Assembly: GCF_000315625.1 (NCBI RefSeq)
Contig: NW_005434665.1
Location: 617,220-681,219 of the forward strand
Direction of reading: 5' to 3'
Length of the DNA: 64,000 nt
Origin: Guillardia theta CCMP2712
Lineage: Eukaryota > Protista > Cryptophyta
This document shows, in pieces, positions 11,801-23,700 of the stretch. The notes under the pieces were generated by a model, which was not told where the DNA came from, searched no databases, and saw only the letters and a program-made list of their open reading frames with translations. The stretch's first letter is position 1. Each line of letters starts with the position of its first letter. The position numbers and the translations under genes were made by a program.

Positions 11801-14800
11801 CTGGTAGAGCTCGCGAAGGAGAGGATCGACTGGTGTGCCAAAGTCTTCCAGCGGTCGACCATCGAGGAGCCCCTCTACACGCTGAGCTGCGGGGCCACGG
11901 GACGAGACTGGAGCAGCGTCCGCCCAATCTCCTTTGCCTCCTGGTCAAGAAAGCCTCCTGACGTGCTGAGGGGAAGAATGAAGGAGGAGATTCTGATCGC
12001 CGAGTACGAGACGGACATCCCTGTGCGGGAACAGGCTGTCCTGTGGGCTGGGATGGCAGCTGGCGAGGCGTCCCAGGCGCTCCTCGTCCTCTGCAGCAGC
12101 AGCTCGTCGGTGGATGCTGTCTGCAACCTCACCCAGGAGGGTCGAAAATCTGCGGGTGTCGGGGGAGACAAGCAGGAGGCAGCAGGTCTGGGGGATGCCG
12201 GGGACAAGAAGGAGCTTCCTCTCGGTCCTCTCCCAAGCATTTCCGTCTTCGCCGTCCTCTCCGGTCAGCATAGCATGAGCACGTGGGGGCGGATCACCAA
12301 GAACCGCATCCTGCATGACCCCATGGCGATGATCGACGTGGCCCTCCGCTGCGTGTACGCGTCCAGCAGCGAGAACGAGGACTTCCTCCAAGCTGCGAGT
12401 GACATCTACTGCTCCCTGCCCAAGAGAGACGCTGCGGCTCTGAGCGGCGTGAAGCACCAGGCGCGATACCTGGAGCTGCAGGACAAGGCAGACGAGCTCG
12501 ATCGTCACATCACAGCCATGGAAGTCTTGCAAAGCTACGGGATCAGCAAGCCGATCGCCTTCTTCCAAGACTGCAGGAGAGACGCAGAGGTCTGCTACGG
12601 CACCATCCGATCCATGTGCCGCTACCAGGTGAGGCAGGAAGCAAGGAACCAGTCGGCCTTCCGCCACCTGCAGAAGGATCTCTTCGGCAGTCGGGATGCG
12701 GGAGATGAATTCCAGGGTCTCGTCTCGCTGGTTTTCGACTTCCTGGACGTGGAGCGCTGCCGCCTGATCTTCATGGAGGCACTTCTCGACGCCAACATGT
12801 TCTCCTTGGCCTACGAGGTCATGCAGGGCTCCATCAGCTCCATCTCGTCGCAGGGCAGCGACCAGCTGGTGTCGGGCTACGTCTCCTTGATCCTCAAGGT
12901 CTCCCGCGAGAACTTCGACTCTGCCTCCTGCTGTCGAGACGCGGCCTGGCAGAACGCCAAGACTTGTCTGGATCTCATCTCCGTGCTGAGGGAGGGCGTG
13001 AAGTCTGCCCGCGGTGACGAGGAGGAGCAGGAGGAGGGAGCAGGAGGGGAGAGCAATGATCCCTTCCAAGAGGTGAAGAAGGAGCTGGAGCTGATCGAGG
13101 CCGTCGAGATCCTCGACGAGCTCAAGCTTGAGCCTCTTCCTGTTCAGATCCGCAAGCACAAGGACCCGGTCGCCATCGTCCGCCGCCTCATCACGGAGGC
13201 TCCGGGGGTCCTCGTGAACGGGGAGGAGATTCTGCGATTCGGGGTGCTGCTGGGCCTCAGTTCCAAGGAAGCTCAGCTGGAAATCATGGAGATGATCAGC
13301 CGAGCGAGCGTGGATCAAGTGAAGCAGAACACGAGCCTGAGCAAGGTGGAAAAGAGCTCCTTCCTCGAGAACGCAGTCCGGTACATCCACCTGCTTGTCG
13401 AGGCTGGGAAAGCTTCTGCCTGGGACCTCTGCGTGAGTCTGGTGGAGACGGAGGACACGGTCATGGACGGTGAGGTCAAGTCGAAGCTGCTGGCGTTTGC
13501 GATGGCTCACTGCAAGGCGGAGAGCTTCGCTGGGATCATGGAGAAGTGGAGAGCGAGCAAGGCGGAGGTGCAGGCGGAGATGGATGAGAAGCTCATGGCA
13601 CGATGGACCAGCAAGGAGTCGCTGGAGGAAGGGATCCTAGCGAGAGTCCCCCCCTCCCCTGTGATGAAACACCCCTTCTATTTCTCGTTGCTTCCAGGAG
13701 CCCCGACCAGCAGCAAGATCGACCGATACTCCTTCTCCTACCATGACGAAGACGATATCTTCTCCAGAGCAGTCGAGGAGAGCCTCAACGAAGCGGCCCG
13801 GGTCCTCATCAAGTTGCGGACCAAGGGAGGAGGAGCACAGCAGGAGGAGGGGGCGGACGTCTTCTTTCAGCTCTTGGCCTTGGCCACATCTCACTCGGAT
13901 CTACAGCTCTTTGAGGGGGCCCTGCTCTCCCTCTCCCCTCGTCGCCTTGTGCGCTGCTTCGACCAGCACCTGCACCTGCAGTACAAGTCTCAGGTCGCCC
14001 AGGGGAAGGATGGGAGGAAGTTACTCGATACGGCCATCGTCCTGTGCCACATTGCTCGCAAGATCTCAGACAGGTCGAGCAAGCTCTGTGATGCGAAGCA
14101 CCCGGTCCCCTCGCTTCTCGACCCCCTCGCTCCTCCTCCTCCCCACGATGAGGGCGGGCCCGCCAACGGATTCGAGGGGATGTCGTTAACGCAAGGGAGG
14201 GAAACGATCGAGTCTCTGCGTGATGGGGGGGATGGAGAGGCGAAATCATGGGCTGTCTTGTCATCCTGGTACAGCACCCTCAGCAAGGTTCTTGTCAAGT
14301 TCGGAGACCCGCAAGTCTTGTGGCTGACGCTTCTCATCTGTAACCCTTCCCTCGAGCCCCTGCCACTGGTGAGGAAAGAGATCACCCAGGACAACCTGAG
14401 CAGGCACGTGAAGTGCTTGCAGGCGATCCAGCCAACTTGGCAACCCCCGTCGTCTTCGTCTCCTCCTCTTCCTCCCCTGGGCCCTGCCGACTTTGACGCC
14501 ATCCTCGACGCTCGAGAAGCGATGCACTCGTTCACCTCGCACGGTCTCAACTCGGACAACCTAAGCATCTTCCTCGGCAGCAGGTCTCCCTTCCAACTCT
14601 GCAAGCTCGTCAAGGAAATCCTTGCGAGCTGCCCGCGAGAAGATCAGCCGCACGACCTGCTCGTCAAGGTTCTCGACGCTGTGCATCCTGACCCATGCTC
14701 GGACGCCCATGAGCGAGACTGGGTGAGGTCGGAGCTGCACAAGTTGAGGCTCGATATCGATGAACAAGCGACCAGCAGCTTGATGGAACATTACAACAAA

Positions 14801-16013
14801 ATAGTGTTCGCTCTTGCCGAGTCTGGGGTCGCAACCACAAACCTTCCCCCGATGGCTGCGGAAGAAGAAGGATTTTGTCGGGGGGTTTGTGACGTGATTC
14901 AGCAAGTCAAGGAGGAGGAGCAGCTTTACCTCGTTGCTCAGGTCTTCTACTCGTCCCTTCACTTCTTCTTATCTGACACCTTATCTTGCTCCTCTCAGCT
15001 TCTTTGTCTTCGGGACTCCAGCCTCTCCCTCTGTCTCTTCGCCTTGAGCACAGGGAAGATCGGGAGGGCCCCCGCAGGTGGTGACCTTGCGGCTTCACGA
15101 GCTGGCTCGCTAGTTGGGGCCGAGCTGGGGGATTTGCCGGCATGCGGGCCGAACCTTTCCAAGAGCTGGGCGCTGCTTGTGAGTGAAGCAGAGGTGAGAA
15201 CGAGCTCGTGACTTGCCGTTGCAGGTGAGAAGATCGATCGAGCTCGGCCTGCCCAACTGCTGTTTGAGTTTGCGGTGTGGCCCAGCTCGGTACGGCCTGT
15301 CGAAGGAGGAGGAGTCGGAGCTCCAGGCGTTGGCGAGGAGCAGGTCTCGGGTGCTCGGGTTTCACTTCGCCGTCCTCTCCCCGAGAGGATCGATGCGGTC
15401 ACTCGGCCTCAGTCAGATGGCGCAGGTGGAGAGCTCGAGCGATCCCATCCCTTGTCTGACGTCCTTGCAGGAGGAGGGAGGTGTGGACGGGGAGAATGCC
15501 GACCTCGAGTGGCTGCTGGAGAGCTGCATGAGATGCGGCAGCTTCGCACAGATCGAAGCCTCCCACTTGTTCCGGTCTCACATGTCCCAGCACATGTTTC
15601 GAGTGTTCCCGGTTCCTACACGTGAAGAGGAGGAAGCAGAGGTATCAGCTCGCAGCCCTTACTTGGTCATGGATGCTGCCTCTGGGCTCTTGCAAGCCGT
15701 CGTCCCCCGGAGGCAGGAGATCCTCGTCTTGGCAGTGTTGGACCTCTGGCAAGCAGGAGAAGTTGTCGCAGCAGCCAAGCTCGTCTGCCGGTACACCAGG
15801 ACACACAGAGTCTTCCACTCTGACTCAACGGCCCTCATGGTCATGAAGGTGAGATGTTGGCTCGGAGAGTCTGGGACGATGACTAGGTGACAGGTTTTCC
15901 TCTCCCGTATCGCTCAGGCGGGCGACCAGGGCAGGTCAAGTTCGTCCGCCTCGTACAGCCCAGGGCTCAAGGAGCGATGCGCCGAGATGCTCAAGGAACT
16001 CGAGACAGTCTGA
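8879..16013 (+). CDS. NBAS: NBAS/Sec39 homologue (NRZ/Dsl1 ER tethering complex), multi-exon
   Basis: N-terminal propeller KWRRVAW; RKIDMKDYEAALKVADKYNL..DPIYKSQW...YLRNVSDLQWVLDQC; ILSYLPET; IEQRTGLVDVALEL; LPVQIR. All match recalled NBAS motifs. The last exon ends at TGA 16011-16013. Confidence 0.9.
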
Positions 16014-16221
16014 GAGTTTCTTTCCTCTTACGAAATCCCTTACTTGTCATCAGAAACATCCCTTGACTACATGTCCCCCCTTCTCTCCTCCCCTCGTCCC
16101 CGAGCTTTCTTGAGGCTACTCAGAAGATATCGGGTCTCAAACACACAACATCACATCATCGAACAGATTGTATTACAACACGTTTGGAGCCGCTAGTTGA
16201 TCTCTACGCCTATCTGCGGGT

Positions 16222-17205
16222 TTAATGGAAGGGGATGTGGGTGTCCTGGCCGGTGATGTTGTGGACAGCAGGGTTGATCACATGATCTCCCTGGGACCAG
16301 AGCCATCCGGAGTTGTGGAGGCCGAGGATGGGCTTCTTGGAAGCAGAAGGACCCTTGATGGTGTCGTTTTCAGCAGCGTTCCAGAGCTAGAGAACTGAGC
16401 GTCAGTTGAAAACATGGGGGGGAGACAAGGGAAAAACAAGATCTTCGTGCAATGAGGAGCATCATCATGGTATTTTGAGAGAAGAGTGAGAGATTTCGAT
16501 GATGAAGCATGGCAGTACAGCAACCAAACCGAGACCACACAAACAATCCAGAAATCAGAGACTTGGTTTCCAGTGAGATCGAGCAAAGAGAACATATGAG
16601 GGATTACGAGGAAAGCACAGGTGATAGGAGGGAACAGAACCACAATGATACAAATAAAAGATCTGCACCACTAATCTATCGCATGAACAAGTTTTAAACC
16701 AGCAAGCTCTGGCAGGTTGACGTTCGTAAAGGGTGACGAAGGGATACATGAAATGATGTAAACATGAAGGGCAGATATTGAGACCATCGTAGAGGAACAT
16801 CCAAGGAGAGGCCAACAGAAGAAAGCAAAGCATACGAACAACGACTAGTGCGGAGGGTTGAGTGCAACATAGAAGATTATCAATCGGTCGAGAAGAACAA
16901 TAGAGGCAGTGCAGGAATGATAAAGGAAGAGATGGTTGTGAGGTTAGGATCATACGGGGCGAGAAGATACTCCATCAAGTCAGTTTGAAGAAGAGGTAAA
17001 CACATCGAACCACGAAGGCGGAAAGTTTCAGGTGAAGCAACAGGCACAAGACGGGAGGACCAGGATGAGAGAACAGGGGATGAACAGGGAGCAGGGGATG
17101 AACAGGGAGCAGGAGAGGGAGAGGAGGAGGAACGGAGAGGAATGGGGTCAGGAGGAGGAGCCGGTGAGGGAGCTGACGCAGCGGCCGCTGTACCTGAGCG
17201 AGCAT
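16222..17205 (-). CDS. Tiny (>=58 aa) His/Gly/Trp-rich peptide gene with 12-nt first coding exon and 807-bp intron
   Basis: ATG CTC GCT CAG|GTACAG at 17205-17194. CTGAC branch point and TAG acceptor at 16387. Exon 16222-16386 encodes LWNAAENDTIKGPSASKKPILGLHNSGWLWSQGDHVINPAVHNITGQDTHIPFH* with mostly C/T-ending codons. Confidence 0.6.
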
Positions 17206-17464
17206 AGTGGATCTTGAGAGGAGCTTTGCGTGAAGGGGCGCCTTTTAAAAATATGTAATTTTTTAAAAAGTAACAAAAATATTGTAAAAAATGAAATTGT
17301 ACCGTTTGCCGGACATATTTTACAAGTGGATTCACTACTTTGACTCTTCATTTGTACCAAGATAAATACATTATGTAGTTGAATTCCTCTCTGCTAATTA
17401 CTTCTTTTGTATAAGATTATATACATATATATCTTTTACAAGGCGCTTACACCCGTCCGTAGAG

Positions 17465-17480
17465 CCTGCTCCTGCTCCTA

Positions 17481-17543
<63 letters not shown>
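17465..17543. repeat. (CCTGCT)n microsatellite
   Basis: About 13 hexamer copies, intergenic. Confidence 0.95.
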
Positions 17544-17848
17544 GTCATTTCCGATCTTGTGTGCACTCAGGCTGTACTTGAAGAAGGGAATTGACTGAGG
17601 GTCTAATGCTGAAGTAATTCATTCTTGCTTGTCATTGCATGCTCTGTGATTCTTTGCCGTGCTGCTGTTCCGAGTCAGTCTTCTGATGCTCTCATTTAAT
17701 GGTTTCTGGATGGTTTTACAAGATGGAGAGGAAAGGTAGAAATGCAAAGATACGACGAGGACTGATGAAGTGAAGCATTCGCTCTAAGCAGCAATGGAGC
17801 TGCCTGTCACGTTGGGCAACGTCACATGTCGTGCTCTTGCCAGGGATA

Positions 17849-20076
17849 TTAACCTGAGATCACGTGGATGGCCTCGACATCGTATCCGAGGGCTGCCACA
17901 TTCGAAGGTTCATCGCCGAAGAACTGAACTCCACAACTGCGAGAGAAGTGAGGACGAGTAAGATAACAAGGTGTTGTCGTGTTGCCAAAGCTCAAGGAGC
18001 GGGAGGGGGAGCGGGAGCGGGAGGAGCGGGAGCAGGAGCAGGGGGAGGAGGAATCAGAGCAGGGGGGCACAGAAGGGAGGAGCAGGAGGAGCGGGCAGTC
18101 ACATCATCAAGTCCTTGACAGAGATCGATTTGATCGCCTCGATCTCCTTCGAGTCCAGACCCTCCAAGTTCCTGTCATCACTCTTCAGCCTGTTCCCTCA
18201 CCGACTGCCTCGAGGACGCACCAGATGTTGATGTAGGTATCCTCCGAGACAGAGGCCACCAAGTCTCTCGTCGGGTGCCTGTCAAACTTCAGACCCCAGC
18301 AGGCCCGACCATGCAGTGCAGCGGCACATGCAGATCGCCGTGATGCTCCTGGTGTGAGCGGAGATTTCGCACGTAAGGGCCTCGGACCTTACCAACACTG
18401 GTAAGAGGAAGCGGGGGGGATCAATCAAGAATCACGTTTGGCTGAAGATCAAAATTTTCCCCAACATCGTTGACGCGATGACCTTGCAGCAGCAGCAGTC
18501 AGCAGTTTCTTAGAGAGGAGCAGGAGAGGGTGAGGATATCACAAGGTCGTTCCGCATGCATACAGCTGTCAAGCTCTCCCCAACGGCCTTGAACTGGCGG
18601 AAGTATCCGTCAGAAATCATAGCAAGGTGCTTCTTCCAACAAACCGAAAGAATCGGAATCAGAGGAGCAACGCTCCATACGGATATGTTCCCAGCTTCAT
18701 CAGCCACCTGTGGCGACACAGTCACCTGCCCGGCTTCCTCTCACCGAGTTCATACCGCGAATCTGCACCCCTCCACCGTCAAGTCTCCCTCCTTGCCATT
18801 GGTTGCGATGTCTTCAAGAGGCGAGATCAACGAGATGTGCTTGTTTGACTGGAGACTCACCAGCTATTGGATCCTTGTGGACTTCCTCTTGCACCTTCCA
18901 GCAACCTTGTCACACTCGCTGCGTGTCGTCACACAATCCTTTACATTCTCGTGAAGAAATGAAACCCCTTCTTTCACAAAGACCTAGACAAGAAAGCGAA
19001 ATCAAAGACGCAGACTAGATGGTGATGTGAAACAATCTTACGTGCAAATTTCCAAAGTTTGTCCCAACTATGAGGGAGTAGCCTTGGCTCGTTTTCACTT
19101 GACCAGGAGTCAGGTGCTGCAAGAAACTCGCACATCACAGCACACCGATCTCAATCCCCTTAGCATAGTTTTGTCTGTCGACCTGCATTTCTTGCCTCAT
19201 GGGCAGCTGCGGGGATCATTACTCTTCCACCATCGCCACCAATCAACAACAACCGTGTACGTCGTTATCAGCCTTAAGGTCTCTGCATCCCAAATCTTCA
19301 CCACCCCGCCGATGGTGCCCGCTACTATCTGAACGGACGTCAACGACAATCGTCCAGGGAGTGAAGGATCACAATGGTGAGGTCCCCGGCGGCAAGGACC
19401 TTCACTTGCATTATCGTCGATTCGCCATCGCAGTGCCTTGGAAGAACGACGGGAAAGTGTCAGAGCAAGGACGAGAAGCAGCATCGCATACCTGCATTCC
19501 AAGGATTCAACCTTGTGGTTTGACATGTCGACAGTTATGACGTCGTTCAGGTGCGGGAAGGCAGCAATCTGCCAGCGTCATCAGCACGTGCAGTCGACTT
19601 GGTGTCGCTCTACCGTCCCATGTATAGACAAGGCAGAATTGACCAGAGAGGGAGTGACGTGAGAGGAGCCGATTCGATTCAGTTTCACCTTCTCAACCTG
19701 CACGGAGTAGCATAAGCAATGTCGACGTTGATCCCCCCCCCCCACCCTCCTCCTCCTCCTCCTCCTCCTCCTCCTCCTCCTCCTCCTCTGCCTCCTCTTC
19801 CTCCTCCTCTTCTTCCTCCTCCTCCTTGCCTCTTCCTCCTGCTTGCCTCCTCCTCTTTCTACGTGTCCTGAATCTTTTCTCCTCGTCTTCTTGCTCATTC
19901 TCCTGATCCTTCTATACCACTACCCTGATCTCTCAGCGTCATCAGCACTTCTTCCTCATGTCTTCATCACACTGCATCCTGTGGATCCCTCGTAATCTCA
20001 AACCCCACAGATGCTCCTTCCCAAACCTCACGATCCTCCTCTCATACCATTCCTCCTGCTCCTGCTCCTGCTCCTG

Positions 20077-20108
<32 letters not shown>

Positions 20109-20235
20109 CCTGCTCCTCCTGCTCCATCACCTTCTCCCCTTCCCCAACGCCACCTTCCCCCCCTTCCATCTCAGCTCCCCCGTCTTTTCCCCTTGCCTCC
20201 CCTCTCGCTGTTTCACATCTCACCAGGTCCGCCAT
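17849..20235 (-). CDS. WD40-repeat protein, multi-exon (boundaries approximate)
   Basis: Exon fragments IVAGTIGGVVKIWDAETLRLITTY and VADEAGNISVWSV; terminal exon ...YDVEAIHVISG*. Confidence 0.55.
19745..19855. repeat. (CCT)n microsatellite / polypyrimidine tract
   Basis: About 14 perfect CCT units, then degenerate copies. Confidence 0.9.
20052..20125. repeat. (CCTGCT)n-like microsatellite encoding an EQ-rich run on the minus strand
   Basis: Minus frame reads EQEEQEEQEQEQEQEQQEQEQEQEE. Confidence 0.85.
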
Positions 20236-20592
20236 GCTGAATTATGCTGTAGGTGGGGTGCTTTCAACCCTAATCATAGGTAGGGTGGGTAGTTGGGGGA
20301 CTGACCTGTCGCAATTTCTTGCTAGACCCGCTCGTCACTCCCTCCTCCCTCCTCCCTCATCACTACTCCTCCCTAATCCTCCCGTCTCTCCTCCCTCCTC
20401 CTTCCTTCCTCCTCCTGCCTGCTCCCCTCCTCCCTCCTCACTGCGCCTCGCTCCTCCCCTAGTCGCTCGTCTCTACATCATTCGTGAAGCAAGTCAAAGA
20501 TTGATCGAGGTAGGGACAACGAGAGGGAATTGGAGGATGAACGGCGTTGGAAGTGTATGAGTAAAGAGAAGTGAAAAGAGCATAAAGAGGCG

Positions 20593-20638
20593 ATGCGAGG
20601 GAGGAGATGTACTCAATGCGAGGGAGGAGATGTACTTA
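20593..20638. repeat. 23-bp tandem duplication
   Basis: ATGCGAGGGAGGAGATGTACT at 20593 and 20616. Confidence 0.9.
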
Positions 20639-20731
20639 ATATCTTCCTTTCCCTCTCAACGCAGGTCTCGTCTCTGACCAGGAGCATGCATCTAGTCGAC
20701 CAATACTTTACTACATCACATCTGCATCACA

Positions 20732-23700
20732 TCAATAGGCAAGGGCCAAGAACAAGGCGACTCCTCGCTTGATCCAGTGCTGAGGCTTCAGCTTGGTAGG
20801 CACCTCGAAGGTGACCACGAAGTTGGTGGAATGTCCCGTCGTTGACAGCACGCCTTTCCTCGTCAAGATCTTGTAGCAGGGGCACATGAGGGTCGTGGCA
20901 GGGTCTTTGGGGGGTCTGTTCTGCACGGGAGCCAACCACACAGGCACGTAGGGAGTGAAGAGCTCCTTGGGTCGAGACTCGATGAGCGAGTGCTCCTCCA
21001 CGCTCCACCTGGCTCCTTCCAGGAACAGCCCCCACACGATGGCGCCATCCTCGATCGGCTCCTTGATCTCCGTATGGTCCACGTCCTGGTTGCGGAACTC
21101 GAAGCTGATGGTGTCGATGCCGATCTGCTTCTTCCTCGCGAAGTTCTGCTGGACTCCCGTCAGGAACGCCTGGGGGAAGAAGAAACCAGAAATCCAGAAG
21201 GTGACAGGCAAGCCATGATCGATCCAGTGCTGGATGAACTCAGTGCGACGAAGAAGGTCGTCTACCCACAGCACCAGAGGCTTCAAGCTCGGGTACGCCT
21301 TGCTCTCCCACATGGCCGGCACCTGATTGTTGAAGAGGCTGTTCGCCAATGAGTCGAGCTCGGCCGACATGACCACCATGCCCTTCAACGCAGCTCGCAC
21401 GTCCTTGAGGGTTTGCTTCATCACCACGAGGAGCTTGTTGTATCGGATGCACTCCTGCTGGATGACGGTGTTGAGCGACTGCTCGTACTTCACCGGGTAC
21501 TTCTTCTGGATGTCGATGAGCAGCCAGGGCTCCGGCAGCCGCTTCAGGATGCTCTCAGCCGTGTGGTCGATCACCTCCTCGCGGTTCATCCCTCCTCCTC
21601 CTGATACTCTGGGCTGGAGAGAAAGGATGGTCTCGAAGAGCTCCTTCACTTCGTTCTGAGCGCAAGTGATGTCTGCGTTCTCATGCAGCCCAAAGGCCTC
21701 AGGGTTGGCTTGCAGAGGCCAGGAGCGCAAGAACTCCATGTATTCCTCGTGGGTAGTAGCATGCGGCTGGATGTAGTTGATGTCGGATGAGTACTTGTAC
21801 CCCTCCTCCATGGCTTCAGGGCAGACGTACTCTACGAGGAGAGTGTTCATACACCTCCGATCCCAGTCATCGGTGATCCTCCCGCCGTAGTTGACGTCGC
21901 CCGAGAGCTCCCGGATGACTTTGAAGGGGACAAAGTCGTACTTGTCGAGGAACGTCCGCAGCTGAGTGATGCAACAATCTCTGTCGCTGTTGCTGAAGTC
22001 GTAGGAGATGTTCCACCCCAACGGCCCGAACTTTCGCCTCTCTTGCATGATAGCATGGAACCAGCAGAGCGAAAAGATCATCTTCTTGAAAGCGTCAACC
22101 TGCTTGCACTCTTGGAAGTACTCGTCGCTGAAGTCCTTGAACGACCCGATCACATTGGCCTTGAGTCCCTTCGGAGGCTCTAGAGTCATCTTGACCGCGT
22201 TCTGCAGCACAGCGACAGGGAAGTGAGGGCTGGGCATGGCAGTCAACCACAGGCGGAAGTCGGGGTGAAGCTCGGAGCCGTCGAAGGCGTCTATGATGGC
22301 CTCCATCCTTGGCATCCAGCTCACTGCCAGGTGGCAGTTCTGCAGGAGCAGCCAGGATCCGAGCTTCCCGCACTGGGAGAGTTTCCTCTCAGCGATGGGG
22401 CCCTGTCCCTGTCCCAGAGAGATGGAGTCTAGCCTCTCTGACATACCCCTCTCTTCCGCAAACGAGATCCACGACATGGTCGGGTCAGCCCCGGAGGACA
22501 GGATGAAGATCAAGGGGCAAGTAGGGGAAGAGTCCTCGAAGGCAAGGGGGAGGTTGAACGAGGGCGGCTCGATGTACTTGGGCTCCATCTCGTTGGCTAC
22601 GAATGTCATGATCCCCTCCTGGACCTTGTCCTGTCTGAGGGAACGAAGGACCAGCAGCTTCTGGAACGGAAACAAGAGGTCGTTCCACTTGCCAGGCAGC
22701 TGGTCTTTGTAACAGGTGTTGCTGTCGAAGTATCGCCTCCAGTCTTCAATGTTGTCCGTGATATCTTGATCTAGACCCTGAAAGGTCTCTAGCTTTGACA
22801 AGTCTGATATGTCCAACCAGCTGCTTTCGACCAGCCACTCCTTGGCTGGGTTAGGCAAGTGGGTCTCGTTGTTGGTTGCGCCAGCCAGGAGAAATCTCCA
22901 CTCCGCCGGGTCGATCTTGTTCTCTCCCATCATCAGTTTGATGCATAGCGTGAAGGAAAACAGGAGCTTGCTCCTTTCAAAGAGCCCCCGGCAGATGTTG
23001 ACGTACAGGGAGTAGGTGAAGTACTCGTTGATGTTGGACGACCTTTGCTCCACGTCGTCGGACGCCCCAGAGTTTTCAAGGCCCATCTCGAACAACCCGA
23101 GGAACCACTGCAGAGAGTACTGGTACATAGTGTCCACCAGCGCCAGGTCTGACACGCAGAAGAACATCAGTGAGCTCTTGAAGGCGATCGGTCTGTAGGT
23201 CTCGCGCGTCTCGTCGATCTCCTTCTCGGTCTTCTCTGCCTCGGACACTTTGATCTTGATCTCATCGGAGGTTATCTTGGCCTCTGAGAGCACCGTTATC
23301 AGGCTCTCGTCTGCGAGAATGTCTCCATCGGAGTCTGCGAGCAGTTTCAAGATCTTGTCCTCGAGCTCTTTCTGAGTCTTCCTCATGTTCGCCATAGATA
23401 CCACGAGCTGGTTCTTCTGTTCTTGCAAGTCAGGCCTCTCTTTCCCGACGACTATCCCTAGAATCTGGTCTTCCAATCCATTCTGATTCACTGTAAAGTT
23501 CAAGAGTGTGATCTTCACGCAAGTCTCTGGGTTGTAATGAGGGTTAGGAAGTTTGCTTGTGATGAAGAAGTTGAAGTCTGGATGATATGCAATGGTCTCA
23601 TCGCCGATCTTGATCATTTCTGTACCACCCTGCTTGAAGATCTGCTTCAACAACACAGGCTCTAGAGCTGGATCGAGCTCCTCCCCGACATTCTCCAGCA

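Noticed and set aside
11945-13510. 521-aa antisense ORF (likewise 35476-37047, 38068-39114 and others)
   Set aside because: Shadow ORFs opposite GC-rich, codon-biased NBAS and kinesin exons; no recognisable motifs.
16402-16468. Box C/D snoRNA candidate (ATGATGA...CTGA, minus strand) in the long intron
   Set aside because: The D box coincides with the CTGAC branch point and there is no terminal stem.
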